Under the pieces are notes generated by a model. The model did no database searches. It saw only the letters and a list, made by a program, of their open reading frames with translations, and was not told the DNA's origin. The position numbers were made by a program, and so were the translations under genes. From the human T2T-CHM13v2.0 reference genome, Homo sapiens, in assembly GCF_009914755.1 (NCBI RefSeq), contig NC_060925.1: DNA of 64,000 bases; one strand, 5' to 3'. Each line of letters opens with the position of its first letter. Positions within the stretch are counted from its first letter, which is position 1. Below, piece by piece: positions 37,765 to 59,663 of the stretch.

Positions 37765-38209
37765 CTAAACCATCCAAGCTGAACCACAATTTATTGGTTA
37801 CTGTTGTTAATACACACAGGGCAAATTATGTTAAAAAAATCATAAAATAACAAATGTTTTCCAAAAAGTCCTCTCTATCTAACAGTTAACCTAACTAAGG
37901 ATGACAGTGTTTATTAAGGTACGATTTTCATAACTAGGAACTTATACAATGTTTCATGGTTTGAAACGTACTGTATTTTTTTCCAAATGATTACTTCCAA
38001 AATAAACTAAACTTTTAACTTCCAGCTTAATCCTGGGGCAATTTTAGAGAATCTCAACATCTCACAAATAAATGGAATTGAAAAAGCATATGGATATAAT
38101 GCAGTCCACAGAGAATTTGAGGGCAAAAGAGAGGCTATGTCTTGTACCCTTTCCAACTTCAGTTAACTAATACCACAAATGTTCCTCAATTCTACCAATT
38201 TCTTTCTTT

Positions 38210-38513
<304 letters not shown>

Positions 38514-39328
38514 TAAGCTTAAGAGCTATCTTCACTTTCTTTTCTTCTTTCTCTACGTTATTAAGTCCCATCTCTTCCTTCTCCAAAATCTCTCCAATAT
38601 ATTCCTTTTTCTTCCCATTCCACTTGCTAAATTCATGCCTGCAGCATAATTTTATTTCTTTAAAAAAATTCCTTAACTGGCTTCCTTTCAGATAATCTAT
38701 ACAACACTTCTTGATTAATGTCATAATTCCAAGTTCATCAAGTCACTGCTCAACTTGTAAACCTTCAATGATTCCCAAATGTTAGCAAGATCAGGTCCAA
38801 ATTCCTCAGTATGACTGTTAAGACTGTTCATAATCTCAATGAGCATTACTTCACTATCTTATCTCCTTCCTAGTCCATAATCTAAACTCTATTACTAGAC
38901 CAGACAAGTATTCCCAGTTCCCATCAATAATACGTCTAATCTCTATCTTTGCCCTTGATTTGCTCTTGCCTAGAAAACCATTCCCTCATCCTTAACTTTC
39001 TCAAATACAAAAGAAAAAAATTTAAAAAGTAAAAGAAAAACAAAACCTTCTCTTTCCTTTCTGCCTCTTCAACCTCTATCCATCCACCACTGAAAAACTC
39101 TAGTCTAACTGCCTGCATGAAGCCCTCACAGACCACTTCAGCCTAAACTAATCCCAGTAAACTGTAACCTGTCATTTCAACATACACTATTAGCATAACA
39201 ACAGACCTCCTAGGGCAGTCATTTTAGTCAATGGTATTTTCACCCAAGAATAGTAAATTTTTCATAAGGCTAAATTATTCAACATGAAAAACCCCTTTAA
39301 TCTGAGATGATGCCCTTTCTCTTACCTG

Positions 39329-39359
<31 letters not shown>

Positions 39360-39371
39360 AAGACAGAGTCG

Positions 39372-40497
<1,126 letters not shown>

Positions 40498-41338
40498 CTT
40501 TCCTTTATTTTCCTTTTCTCTCCCTCTAAGTTACCTTATTATTTCCGTATTAATTCTCCCTGCTCCATTAACTGTCCTCCCATCTATTTTTCCATCACAT
40601 GTCTTTAAGATTCTGGTAGTCACTTTAAAACTGCCCTAGGATCTAGTCTCAAAACAAAATTCTAACATAATGATAAGTCCTCAAGTTCCTACAGAAAATA
40701 TTTTCGCATATGTTGGAAAATGTCTAATTTTATCAAATTACACTAAGAATATATCATATTATACTCCATTACAGCTGTGGCAAGAAGCATAAAAACTGGT
40801 ATTCCTGATTTAAATCTACCAGGGACCATTACTTTGTTTACACACCCTAACTACATTTTCTAAATATCTCTATAAGAATCTTCTATATTTAACTAGTTTC
40901 TGTATACTTCTGTAAAGTCTTCCATTTAATGAATCTTTAAGTCCATCAAGATCTAAAAATGGCTTTCTTTCAATCCTAGGAAACATAAGACAATGTTGAC
41001 CTCATTTACTTACAGGGCAGTACACAGTTCATAAAATCATTATGTGTTAAAACAATGTAATGTTCAAGAGTAAACTCAAGGTCAAATCCTAGCTTGGCAC
41101 TGACCTTGGGTCAAACCGATCTCACATCTTAGGGACTTAGTTTTTTCCTCTGCAAAATGAGGATAATAATAGTTATCCTCATTAATATCTACCCTAATGG
41201 GTTGCTGAAAAGAGATTAAATAAACACATAAAAGGTACTTAAGTACTGTAGCTGTCATATAGAAGTCAGCAACTGGTTTCATCATTAGTCCTCAATGACT
41301 AAGAATTCTTCAAAATATCTGAATTATAAACTTAAATG

Positions 41339-41480
41339 GGCCAGGCGTGGTGGCGGGTGCCTGTAATCCCAGCTACTCGGAAGGCTGAGATGAGGGAATC
41401 ACTTGAACCCGAGAGCCAAGATCGTGCCATTGCACTCACTCCAGCCTGGGCAACAAGAGTGAAACTCCATCTAAAAAAAA
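41339..41480 (+). mobile_element. Alu right monomer with deletion
   Basis: Alu right-arm motifs. Confidence 0.82.
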
Positions 41481-41755
41481 ATTAACACTTAAATGAGCTG
41501 CTCATTCACTGGTGAATCACTAAAATGGCCTAAATCAGATAAATACCCGCAGATAATTGGGAAAACAGCACATTTTTGATAAAGCTGTTCCAGGACTTAA
41601 CCAAAAATTAACTTTATCTCAACAGTTAACGTTACCAGTTAACTTGAAACTAGATAAAAACAGAGATTTATGTTTAGAAACAGAAAAATGCTGTCAGACC
41701 AAGGTAAATGATACCATTTTTCTATTTGAGTTCTTCAGCATCTGTAGAAAGCCTA

Positions 41756-42118
<363 letters not shown>

Positions 42119-42721
42119 TCAGTTCGAATCTGTTCCTACACAGATTTGCCTGTCAGCAGACTAAACATGTTCCTTTCTTAGACAAAATTTAACAATATTA
42201 ATTTATTAACGTTATAAATAAAATCACAGTGACATTAATACAACCTAATGTTTTCATTAAGAGAATTCCAATTTAATTGTAATATGGGTCATATTCATAC
42301 CATGATTTGTTTTATAGAGGTTTCAGCACTGAAAACAAGTGCTGTTATTCAATGGCGCCATCTTGGGAGGTAAGACCTTCCAAGGATTGGGATGACTGGG
42401 CGCATCTTCCAATCATGTGGCCAAGACTCAAAACTTTTTTGACGTGCCATTTATAGGATTCTCAAAGACAAACCTCACACACACACAAAATGCTAGTCTC
42501 CACCTTTTAGAATAACATTTCATTTGTGGCCAAAAACAATGCTGACCACTCACTTCCTTCACCAGACTTTCCTATCTCCAAAAGTTAAATATAAGCACCT
42601 GCACAATGATGACTTACCAGAATTAAGAACACGTAATATGCTCTAAAGACAAATTCAAAAGAAATATACCAAATATTTCAGAATTTGGAAATGTCACTAA
42701 AATAAATACATAACTTTCCAA

Positions 42722-43693
<972 letters not shown>

Positions 43694-44014
43694 AGGCAGT
43701 CATAATACCTTACAGTTGCCCCAGAGATGACTATGAAACTACATAGTAACAAAATTGGAAATGTGAAATATCATACCAGATCTGTGTAAAAGCAGTCAAA
43801 TGATACTGAAAAGTAATGAAAAACAACTGAAATTGTCTAATTTAAACATTTAAACTCATACTTCCATTATATTTGCTTCCAGAGTGCCCCTGAAGGCACA
43901 GTATTTAATATGGTTATTTATATCCACTCATCTTTTTATACTCGGTTCACCTTGGTTTGAATAAACTGCGATTTTCCAAAATAAAGACTTTCCATATTGT
44001 TTGTTGTTCTGTGA

Positions 44015-45680
<1,666 letters not shown>

Positions 45681-46774
45681 TTACTACATTACCCTGTAAT
45701 ATTCTGATGTAGTTTCATCAGAAAAGCCAAAATAATCACTGATTTAAAATACACAGTAGGTACCTCCTAAAAACTAATTTAAATTTACCACTTAATTTGA
45801 AATATGTACTGAGTTAAATCAACTAAGTTGCTACTAATTTAAATTTGCATTTAAATTGGCTTATAGAACATTCTTCTGCCTTTAACACAAGAGGAAGAGT
45901 AACTACTGAGAGAGCTTACCCATCAGACAAAGCAGCTTTAAGCAGATTTAATTGGCTCAAGATTTGCTTTGTTGACATCAAAATAAAATGTTAGTCAACA
46001 GAAAATTCAAATAAAGTACTACCTAGTGTCTTGTTTCTGTTAGTAATTCCAATCTGAGAACATTAAACAAGCACTGATAAAGCATTTTTTCTAAGAAGGA
46101 ACTCTGCATAGTTAATTCTACACCAGTGACAAGTTCCAAAGGAGAATCTGCTTTGTGGCATTAGGACTGGACTCCTGTACTTTCACACCCTAATAGTCTC
46201 TATATCGCCGGAAGCAGTTGGTGCACTCCCGGCCTTTAGATTAGAGAAAATACTAAGCAGGATTCTAATAAAAAGAATCCAAGTTAATAAGCTTAAGAAA
46301 TTAAAATTGCTACCTATACATAAATATCATTGGTCATCAAAAACTCTACTAAAGACCTACTATGTGCCAGTGAAAATAACTGAGGAGGGCATTAGCTAAA
46401 ACAGCTTCTGATCGAGAAGCTTCCAGTCAAATTAGCTAATTAAGATATTAATAGAAGCTGGTCAAGTTAACCAAAAATATGAGGGGTACTGGCATAACAA
46501 GCTACAAGATTTCTGAGAAAATAAGAAGCTTTTGATACAACTAGGTAAAATAAGATATGTGATAGTGTGATTTTCCATGAACACAAGGTGGTACTGGCAA
46601 TAAATGCTATAAAATTTTAGAGAAGAAAGATTAACTGTTGCAAAACCATGATAGACTTCAAAGAGGGAGAACTGAGCTCAGTCTTGAGGGGTGGAAAAGA
46701 TTTAAATAGTTAAACAGCATAAGAGGAAAGGACAAAAGATAATGGGACCAAAGGTGCTGAATTGGGAATATGGC

Positions 46775-47150
46775 CATTAAATATTTATTAAATACCTACT
46801 CTATGTCAGTCACTGTGTTAGGCACTAGAGATACACTGGAGAACAAAACAGATGAGTTCTCTGCTTTCATGGAATCTAGCAGGGAAGACATAATAATCAT
46901 GCACGCAGATATATAATCATAAATTGCAATAGGTGCTATGAAAGGAGGCAACAGAAGCCAGTAATAGGGAATAATGGGAAAGGACTAGCAAGACACGATG
47001 ATGAGAAAAAGTATCCCTGATATTTATACATAAGCTCAGGCATGAAGGCAGCCATGCAAAGAGCAGGGAAAAGAAGTGTTCGAGGAAGACAGAGCCATGC
47101 ATACAAAGGCCCTGAGGTAGGAAACAGCTCACTGAGTTTAAAAATAAATA
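46775..47150 (-). mobile_element. L2 fragment
   Basis: aaatatttattaaatacctact..tatgtcagtcactgtgttaggcactagagatac. Confidence 0.75.
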
Positions 47151-48320
<1,170 letters not shown>

Positions 48321-48369
48321 ATAATACATTTTTAAAATACTATTTTGTCCAGATAAAAACAGGAATAGA

Positions 48370-48476
48370 GTGCTCACTTCCACAACACAAATACTAAAAT
48401 TGGAATGGTACAGGGAAGATTAGTATGTGCCCTGCACAAGGATGACATGCTAATTCATAAAGCAGTCCATATTTTT
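48370..48476 (+). pseudogene. Full-length U6 snRNA pseudogene
   Basis: gtgctcacttc...atactaaaattggaa...gaagattag...caaggatgac...tccatattttt aligns end to end with U6; ACAGAGA box mutated to ACAGGGA. Confidence 0.93.
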
Positions 48477-48625
48477 AAATTTTTTTGTAAAAATAAAGAA
48501 ACAAACGGTATAAAGGGGCACATGCAAATACGGCAGGTCTTGAATGAAAGATTACCCGGGTAGAAGCTTTCAGAGGAGTAATTCAAACAGCCAGTGATAC
48601 AAAGTACCATGTTAATAAAGAATAA

Positions 48626-49242
<617 letters not shown>

Positions 49243-49620
49243 ATGCTGAGTCTGGGAAGGAAGTTGTGCAATACTAAAGGATTAACTATCAATTCCTTAG
49301 AACATAAGGAGGAATCTCCAGAAATTAAGAAAGTCATAGATGACAACAGCAATGCCTAAAAAGGTTAGCAATGCTTGTCATGTTGTGGCTCATATTTTAA
49401 TATGGTATTTTCAAGCTCTTCCCTTGACCCTCCACTCCCATACAACTGAGAGTGTAATGACATAGACCCCAAACCTGAGCATCAATCATACCTGAGCTCG
49501 AATCAATGGTCTGCCCCTCACTTGCTCTGGCAGTTAACTGCTCTGAGCTCAGTTCCCTCATTTATAAAATAAGGATAATGACTACCTCATAGAGTTATTA
49601 TTTTTTCAAAGGTGAACAGA

Positions 49621-49693
49621 GTAGTCACTTCTGCAGCACAAATACTAAAACTGGAATAATACAGAGAAGATTAGCATGTCCCCCGCTCAAGGA
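49621..49693 (+). pseudogene. 3'-truncated U6 snRNA pseudogene
   Basis: Matches U6 nt 1 to ~73 including atacagagaagattagcatg. Confidence 0.9.
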
Positions 49694-49881
49694 GGGAACA
49701 CTATTATAGTCACCCCTTTGAGTAGATCTAAAGGGTTATTTTAATTATTATTTCCTAATGGTATACGGAGGACCAATGGTGGATTTAACAAGAACTCCTT
49801 TGCTTCGGGCAGAGCAAAAAAAAAAAGTTTCCATTCTCAGACAAATCCATGGGTGAGAGAAGGGCTTATAAAATAGTCACC

Positions 49882-50210
<329 letters not shown>

Positions 50211-50919
50211 TCAAAAAATAAAGAGAAGGTAGAAATGGGGCTTCTTCTAGAAGCTCACTAGCACAGGTTCCAGGCATTTTCTAAGAGACAGAGACTTGAG
50301 CTAAAGCATACTGGGAGAAGTTCAGTGACTTGAGAAATTATGAAAAGGAAGAAACAATCTTCCCCGCAAGCCACAATTGCTACCTAATGTATTCTTCCCT
50401 TTGTGGAATATTACTTAAAACAAGTTAGAGATCAACACTAAGGATATTCTGTCATAGGTGGAAGGGCAAGGCCTTCAACCACTTTACACCATCCCCACCC
50501 TTAAGTATTATTTGAACAACCATAATTTGTTAAGCGCTTCTTAAGCACAGCCAAAGATGTTAAGTTTTATATTTCAGGAGCTACCATTTCAAAAGAAAAA
50601 AAATAAAAAGTTCAACTCCTTAAATCTTTTGGTAACTTTTTCCCCAAAATGTATCCTCTGTCTTAAAAGTAACTAAAATCTACTTCCTCCTGAATTTATT
50701 TATCTTTCCCCTAATCCAATAAATGTCTCTCCTTATTCTTCCTATTTACCTCACCATTAAATACCTAAGGTTTTCCTATTTCCTCCCAAGTTGGCACATT
50801 AACACTCTAATATTCATTCTGATCTCACAGTATTGAATCTGAGCATAGAAACCTCATAACATTCCCAGGGATAAATCTGCTACCCAATTCCTAAAAGATA
50901 ACACACAGTTTAAAAAAAT

Positions 50920-51323
50920 AAACACAGTGGTGGTAATTATACAACTGTATACATGTGTCAAAATTTGTCAAACTGTACACTTAAAATTGGTGAATTTTAT
51001 TGTATGTAAATTATACCTCAATAAAGCTTTTTTTTTTTTTTTTAAAGAATGCATTCCGGGCAGGGCATGATGCCTCATGCCTGTAATCTCAACACTTTGG
51101 GAGGCTGACATGGGAGGATCCCCTGAACCCAGGAGTTCCAGGAGACCAGCCTGGGAAACACAGGGAAACCTCATCTCTATAAATAAAAAAAAAAGTTAGC
51201 CAGGCATGGTGGCACACACCTGTGGTCCCAGCTTCTCAGAAGGCTGACGTGGGAAAATCACTTGAGCCCAGGCAGTAGAGGATGCAGTGAGACATCATCA
51301 CAGCACTGCACTCCAAAAAAAAA
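50920..51323 (+). mobile_element. L1M 3' terminus (50920-51030) and AluJ (51056-51323)
   Basis: gtgaattttattgtatgtaaattatacctcaataaagc; Alu motifs. Confidence 0.82.
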
Positions 51324-52042
51324 GGGAATACATTCATTACATTCATTCATTCACTCATCAAATATTTGCTATGCATCTATTATATGCATCAAAGTTTATA
51401 CCACATCTTTCAGCCTGGACTATCCGGGTCCTACCTGTAACAGCATGCTTTACTCATAAGTTGACACTGTCCCTAAAAGCTGTATTACATGAAAAATGAT
51501 TCTGTTTCTGATAATGTTACCTTAATGATGGCCGCTTTACACTGGAAGGGCCATTAGCTATCCATCAACTTCCATTACATAAATGAAATATATGATCACT
51601 TAGGTACTCCCCATTTTAACAGAAATGCTTTCATCATAAGAAATAAGTAAGCACCTAGAGGCATATAGTACATACCACTACTACACTACTACAGCCTTAT
51701 ATGTTTGTCTTTTTACCAAAAAAAAAAAAAAAAAAGAAAAGAAAAACAGCACACTTCAAGTGCATATTTACAACACTGCTGAAAGAAAAGGCAATACTAT
51801 TGGAGAATAGACTTAAATGACTTATTCTAGGGCCCACAGTCACCCAGTGGCTGAGTCAAAGGCCAAAAAACTAGGTCTCATGATTCCCAAGGCAGTGGGC
51901 AAAGTAGAGAGACAACCACAGACCTGAGAAACAGACCTGGGTATGAATTCCAGTGCCATTTCTTACTAGTTGTGTGTGTGAACTTGGGACAGCCACTTTA
52001 CTTTCTGACCTTTGGCTTGCTCATCTATAAAACAGGGATGCT

Positions 52043-52342
<300 letters not shown>

Positions 52343-54433
52343 GGGATGCTAACTACCACCTCACAAAATTCTTGGGAAGACTGCCTAAGATCTATACCAC
52401 CTAGCATAATTACTGGGCACAGAATAGGCAACTCAACAACATTAGTTCCTTTTCTTGGTCTTAAATTATTTAAGATTAAGAAAACACCTCATAATCAACG
52501 AAGGCTAATTAACAATCCGCATTATTAATCACTGGTCAACAATGAACCTGTGTTTGCTGCCTTCTTCATACTCCAACCCATTCCCTTCCCAGCTCACTAT
52601 TTCCAGCTTTTCAAACTTTAGTTACTATGTTTAGAAAAGTGATTTAATTTTAGAAACCTGGAAAATTCTTCTAGGAGTAAATTCTTCTAGGAGTAAATTG
52701 AGCAAAACCTTAATCTGCCCCCAGGGGAATTCTGAGCAAAACAATTATTTCTGACAAAAGAAGAATTTTCTATGGGGGTAATTCAATTTAACCACATGAA
52801 TACTACCAAAGTTGCAAACAAGGTGACAGAAGGCAATCTGGAACACACCTTCCAGATTCCCCAAAAAGAAATGTCCTCCTAAAATCCAAACCCCTCCCTC
52901 CCTAATTTGAGGTAGTCAAATCTTATTAGGTGATCTGAATTCTCCCGGCTCTGACACCAGTCCAGCTCCTTAGGCCAGAACTGCAGCCGTCTGTAAAAGA
53001 AATACCCTGAGCAAACCCCACCCCTCAAAACATCCCCAAAAGGCAGGGAGGTCCAGAGAGTATTTTCTCCTCCAACGACAGATAAGGCACCAAGGGCTCA
53101 GCAGCGCAATCCTTCTCCCAAGGTCATTCAAGTCAGTGAAGGTGCGACGGTGGAGCTGCAGGCAGTCTCTGGCCTTCTGGAAATCACACTACAGGGGTTT
53201 TGGGGGTGCCTACTCTCTTCCCCTCTCCCACCCGCAAGGGTGAGCACTGGCCTCGGCATTCCCGAAACAAGCCACAACAAGCTCTGCAGTGTTAGGAAAG
53301 GGGTTGACGCGATGAAGAAACAGATGCTCCAAAGCAAGATGGTCTTTCTCGGCTCACAGAGGCTCCTCCAAGGTTATGCACAGAAACCGCAGCCACCTCC
53401 AAGAGCTCTAAACCGGGCTCCGAAGCCCCAGCGCGGCCGCTGCGGGTCGCCAGGTTCCCTGCAGGCAGGCTCCGCAGCCAGAGGCCACCAGCCCCAGAAA
53501 CCGCACTTCATTCCTGCGCTCCGGGAAGCCATGGCTCCTTCCCTGCCCGGGCGGCTGGGCGGGGGCCGGGGGTGCGCCGGGAGGCGGGCCCCGCGCTGCG
53601 GAAAGTTCACCGCGGCGGGCGGGGGGAGGCCCCGGCCCCGCTCGCCGGCGTCCCCCTGCAGATTCCACCATTAATTAGTCCTAAGGACTGTCTACTGGCA
53701 ACTTAAACAAAGCGAATGCCTCGAATTCCTTCCCGGCCCAGCGGTCTGGCTGCGAGACCAGCAGAGCGCCCGGGACGCGGGCCGGCGCGGCCGACAGCTG
53801 CGGCGGCCGCGGGACCCCTCCCCGCCCGGCCCGCGGCCCGCGCCCCGCGCCCGCAGCTGGCCCCGCACGCCGGCCCGACGCGCTCCCAAACCGCCCTCCT
53901 CCTCCTGCTGCTGCAGCTCCCGGGCCCTTCCTGTCTGATCACTTCCTTCCTCCGGTGCCCGCCGGGCCCCGCGCAGCCCCCTCCACGGCCGCCTCGTCGC
54001 CCCCCGCCCCTGTCGGCCCGCGCCCCCTCCCCCAACCCCAAACTCTACCCCCGAAACTCTTCGCCGCCCCCTCGAAAATGTCTCCTCCGCGTCTCTGCCC
54101 CAAACATTTCTCCTCAGAGTCTCGCTCCCACCAAGAAGTCTCCTCAGAACCTTCCCTCCCCCTCCCGAGGAAAAATCTCCTCAGAGTCTCTTCCTCCAAC
54201 TCCACAAACATGTGCTGGGTCTCGCCCCAAAAGGTCTCCTCCTGAGCCCTTCCTCCAAAATCCATTCCAACTCTCCCCCAACTCCACACCCCCATCTCTC
54301 CTCGGCTGCGCCCGCGGTTTCTTCTGCCCCGTGGCCGCGGGTGCCCCGACCTCACCCGGGACCGGCCTCCCAACCCCGCCGCCCTCCCCTCCCCGCGCCG
54401 CGCTCCCGCCGCCGCCGCCTCACGGACCCTCAC

Positions 54434-54692
54434 CTCTGCGGCCCCGAACCGCGCTCCCGCCAGCGAAGGGTTCCGCCGCTCAGCTGCCAGCGACCGGCGC
54501 CTCCTCTGGCTCCGCGGGACTGACAATGAGGGGCGGGGCCAAATTGTGACGTCAGCGTTCTGGAAGGCGGGGTCTTTGTGATGGGCGGGGTTGTCTGTAG
54601 GCCCCGCCCCCTCCGTCCTTTTTTTCCCTTCCCAGGACTTAGACTCCACCAAGTTTTTATTGCCTCCGTAGCTGGGTCCTGTGCTAGGCGCC
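54434..54692 (-). other. LUZP1: Non-coding 5'UTR exon (internal exon from the distal promoter, first exon from the proximal promoter)
   Basis: Minus-strand acceptor tcttgtcttccatttcgatttcccag| (AG at 54694-54693) and donor GCAGAG|GTGAGG (GT at 54433-54432); lies in CpG island. Confidence 0.7.
54530..54610. promoter_or_regulatory. Core promoter cluster: Sp/KLF GC boxes around a perfect CRE
   Basis: GGGGCGGGGC 54530-54539, TGACGTCA 54547-54554, further GGCGGGG boxes near 54567 and 54584, GCCCCGCCCC 54601-54610. Confidence 0.8.
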
Positions 54693-54745
54693 CTGGGAAA
54701 TCGAAATGGAAGACAAGACTTCTCGATTTCAGGAGGGACACTTTC

Positions 54746-55027
54746 GGCCCGCGTGGTGGCTCAAGTCTGTAATCCCAGAACTTTGGGAGGCTGAGGCGGA
54801 CGGATCGCTTAAACTCAGAAGTTCGAGACCAGCCTGGGCAACATGGCGAAACCCCATCTCTATAAAAAATACAAAAATTAGCCGGGAGTGGTGGCGCCCG
54901 CCGGTAAGCTAAAGTAGGAGGATCGCTTGAGCCGAGGGAGGTCGAGGCTGCAGTGAGCCGTGATCGTGCCACTGCACTCCGGCGTGGGTGACAGAGTGAG
55001 ACCCTGTCTCAAAAGAAAAAGAAAAAA
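54746..55027 (+). mobile_element. CpG-rich AluJ
   Basis: J diagnostics ggaggatcgcttgagcc, ggtcgaggctgcagtgagccgtgatcg. Confidence 0.88.
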
Positions 55028-55636
55028 GCGGGACACTCTCAGTAGGGTTGTGAGGATTAAATGAGATAATCAATGGAAAGGTGCTTAGCCTAGAACCTGA
55101 TATGGAATAATCACTCAACAAATCCTATTTCTATTACTCTGCAAATGCAGAGAAGGAACTCAGCTCAGACTCGGGAGGCATGGGTTCCCGTCCCCCACTG
55201 TGCTATTAATTCTTTGTGTGATGCTAGACAAGTACTTTCCCATCTATGTTCCCGATTTTCATCTTCTTTAAAATGGGAAGGGGGAATAACCAGATGATCT
55301 CAAAATCCCCTCCCATACTTCTATGACATACTTCCTTTAAGTCTACTATCTAAAAGGCACCTAGTGCCCTGAGAAGCCAGGAGGAAGGCTTCAAAGACAG
55401 CCCAAGACCCACACCCAGCATAGTACAGGACACAGCCAGAGACTGCTCTCGCTGCGGATGCCCTCCCACACGCTGGCACGCAGCAGCATTCACAAGCCAG
55501 GACACAGATGGGCTGAGGGCTGCTTCCTCTCTGACTACAGCAGCATGGTTGGTCTCTTGAGACATCTCTTGTGTAAGCTCTTTATTGCCTATGGAATAAA
55601 GGCCAAAGCCCTGGCCTGGTATGATCACTTCCTACC

Positions 55637-55670
<34 letters not shown>

Positions 55671-56012
55671 GTTTATCCAAACTTCTCTTAGCACACCCAC
55701 TGCTTTCCCACATTTGACCCTTTGCTGAAGCTCTTCCCCTGCTGTCTCACCTCCCAGCTTCTCCCAGCCAGAAAGCAATCCTCCCTGTTCTGAATAACCA
55801 ATAACATTGTGTTTAACCCTCACGTGGGCATGAACACTACAACTTATAAAGAACTGACCTCCCATTTGTTTCTTAGCACTTCCTGGAGGTCAGAACCCAC
55901 ACATGTTTGTGGAGCTCAAGCTCTGATGCCAGAAAACCCTGGGATCATATGTTCTGGGGTCATAATAGCCATCTCTGAGCCTGTCTTCTCATCTATAAAA
56001 TGGGGATAATAA

Positions 56013-56758
<746 letters not shown>

Positions 56759-58033
56759 TATATATATATATATATATAATTACTGTATGATTTATATATG
56801 TATTTTTTATATATAACTACTATAATCAGTATTATTTCTAGTTATTAACACCACACAGCACCTCATAACAATCCACCTAATCATTTCATATGGAAGACTT
56901 TAGGGTCTTGAGAAAGGAAGAGGCTTGCTGAAAGTGGCCCTGCAAAGCATTCCCATTGGAATGGAAACCAGCACTCCAGTCTGCAGACCCCAGATGGATT
57001 CAGCAGAGTCACATCTGATGATGCCCCAGGGCATCTCTGCCATTCAGCATGCCTCCAAGCTGGGGTCAGCGTGTAGTTCTCTCTGAGAGTTCTTTGCAGC
57101 ACAGCTGACCCATTTCTGCTTCATGCCTTTCTCCTCTCACCTTCTTTACAGAGACGTGGATCTGTGTTAAACCGCCCTTGGCATCTCTGCAATCCTCTAG
57201 GAGAACTGCAATGAGGCACTGGGCATTTCTAGAGCACTGGCCTGTGGAAGGAGGGGAGGAACTTTGGGGTTCTGATTAATTTCCTATGCTGCAGGCAGGC
57301 ACATGGGTGTCCTGAAATGCCTGGCCCGGTCTTCAAAGGCCTCTAATAAATTATAGCTTATTTTTAGAAAAAATATTCAAAAACACCACTTCCTGTGAAA
57401 AGTAATCATGGCTGTAAGATTGCTGGAGGCAAAGGAAGGGCCTTTACTGAGTTGCTCCTAAGGGCTAATGCTGATTCCAAGTACCACAAACCCTTGGAAG
57501 GAAGAACCCAGGACATATAAGGGAGGTTCTGAAGAAAGAACTTTCTCCCCAGGACCCATGATCCCAGCAACCACTTATTGATTTATTCATAGCAAAAGCT
57601 TTGGCACAGGAAAGATCGGGATTCAAAACCCAGCTCTGCCACTTACTAGTTATGTAATCTTGGGCTTTTAGGTCTCTGCACCTCAGTTTCTCATCTGCAA
57701 AATGGAAATAATAATACTACCTTTCTCACACAGTGCCTGTGAGGGTTAAACATGTGAAAGAGCTGAGTTCAGAGCCTGGCACCTAGTTCATGCCAGGATA
57801 TAGTGGTTGCTGTTACTATTTGAACATGTCCTCATCCTCCCAGCAAGACCTCCATTAGTAAAAGGAAAGGAATAGATTTGTATGATTGGACAATAAAGGT
57901 CTCTATTGGGCATTGTTAAGTGAAAAGAGTAAGAGTAAGTTGCCGAATTACAAGTGTAGTAGGATCCTGTAGTTATAGTTTGTAATATATGCTTAGTATA
58001 TGCATAGAAAAATATGGAGACTATAAAGAACTA

Positions 58034-58938
<905 letters not shown>

Positions 58939-59009
58939 AAGAGCTAGAGAACCTTCAGTTTTTTTTCTTTTTTTTTGCTTTGCTGAGTTTCATTTTGTTT
59001 TTGTTTTTT

Positions 59010-59314
59010 CTTTTTTTTTTTTTTTTTTTTCAGATAGAGTCTCACTTTGTCACCCAGGCTAAAGTGCAGTGGCATGATCTCGGGTCACTACAACTCCTCT
59101 TCCCAGGCTCGAGTAATCCTCCAACCTCAGCCTCCCAAGTAGCTGGGATAACAGGTGCCTGCCAACAAGCCCAGCTAATTTTTTTTGTATTTTTGGTAGA
59201 GATGGGGTTTCACCATGCTGCCCAGGCTGGTCTCCATCTTCTGAGCTCAAGCCATCCACCTGCCTTGGCCTCCCAAAGTGCTGGGATTACAGGTGTGAGA
59301 CACTGTGCCCAGCC
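59010..59314 (-). mobile_element. AluJ
   Basis: Reverse Alu. Confidence 0.88.
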
Positions 59315-59663
59315 TGTTTTGCTGTTCTGTGTGTGCATATAGTGAGAACTTCCAAAAAAGACTTTGCTATGGAGGGGAAAGAGGGTAAAAACACAGCTAC
59401 AAGGTATACCAGCAGTGGGCATCTGAGCCACCTGTGCATACTGCAATAGAAAGTTCCACAGATCCCATCTCCTCCTTCATGGGGTTCCAAGAAAGCCCAT
59501 GCCGAGATGATTTTCACTTTCTCCCCTGACCCTAGCCCTTGGTTGCATTTGGACTTTCAATGCTAGAAGCCAAAAGTAAGACACCTAATAGAAGTCTCAG
59601 GAACCATGACAAGGCCAGGACAAAAAGAATTTTAAGCAGGGAGAATTTTTTTTTGTCCCTGTC

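Larger units (their letters stand above)
53380..54720. promoter_or_regulatory. CpG island / proximal promoter
   Basis: Very high GC and CpG density; multiple GGGCGG boxes. Confidence 0.92.

Noticed and set aside
48370-48476. Functional U6 gene
   Set aside because: ACAGAGA box and AGC triad mutated; no upstream PSE/TATA, flanked by Alu
49795-49826. tgcttcgggcagagc plus A-run resembling the U6 5' end
   Set aside because: Too short to distinguish from chance
53150-54972. Long overlapping ORFs (up to 277 aa) in the proximal CpG island
   Set aside because: Pro/Arg/Gly/Ala-rich low-complexity products open on both strands, as expected from stop-poor GC-rich DNA; no recognisable domain
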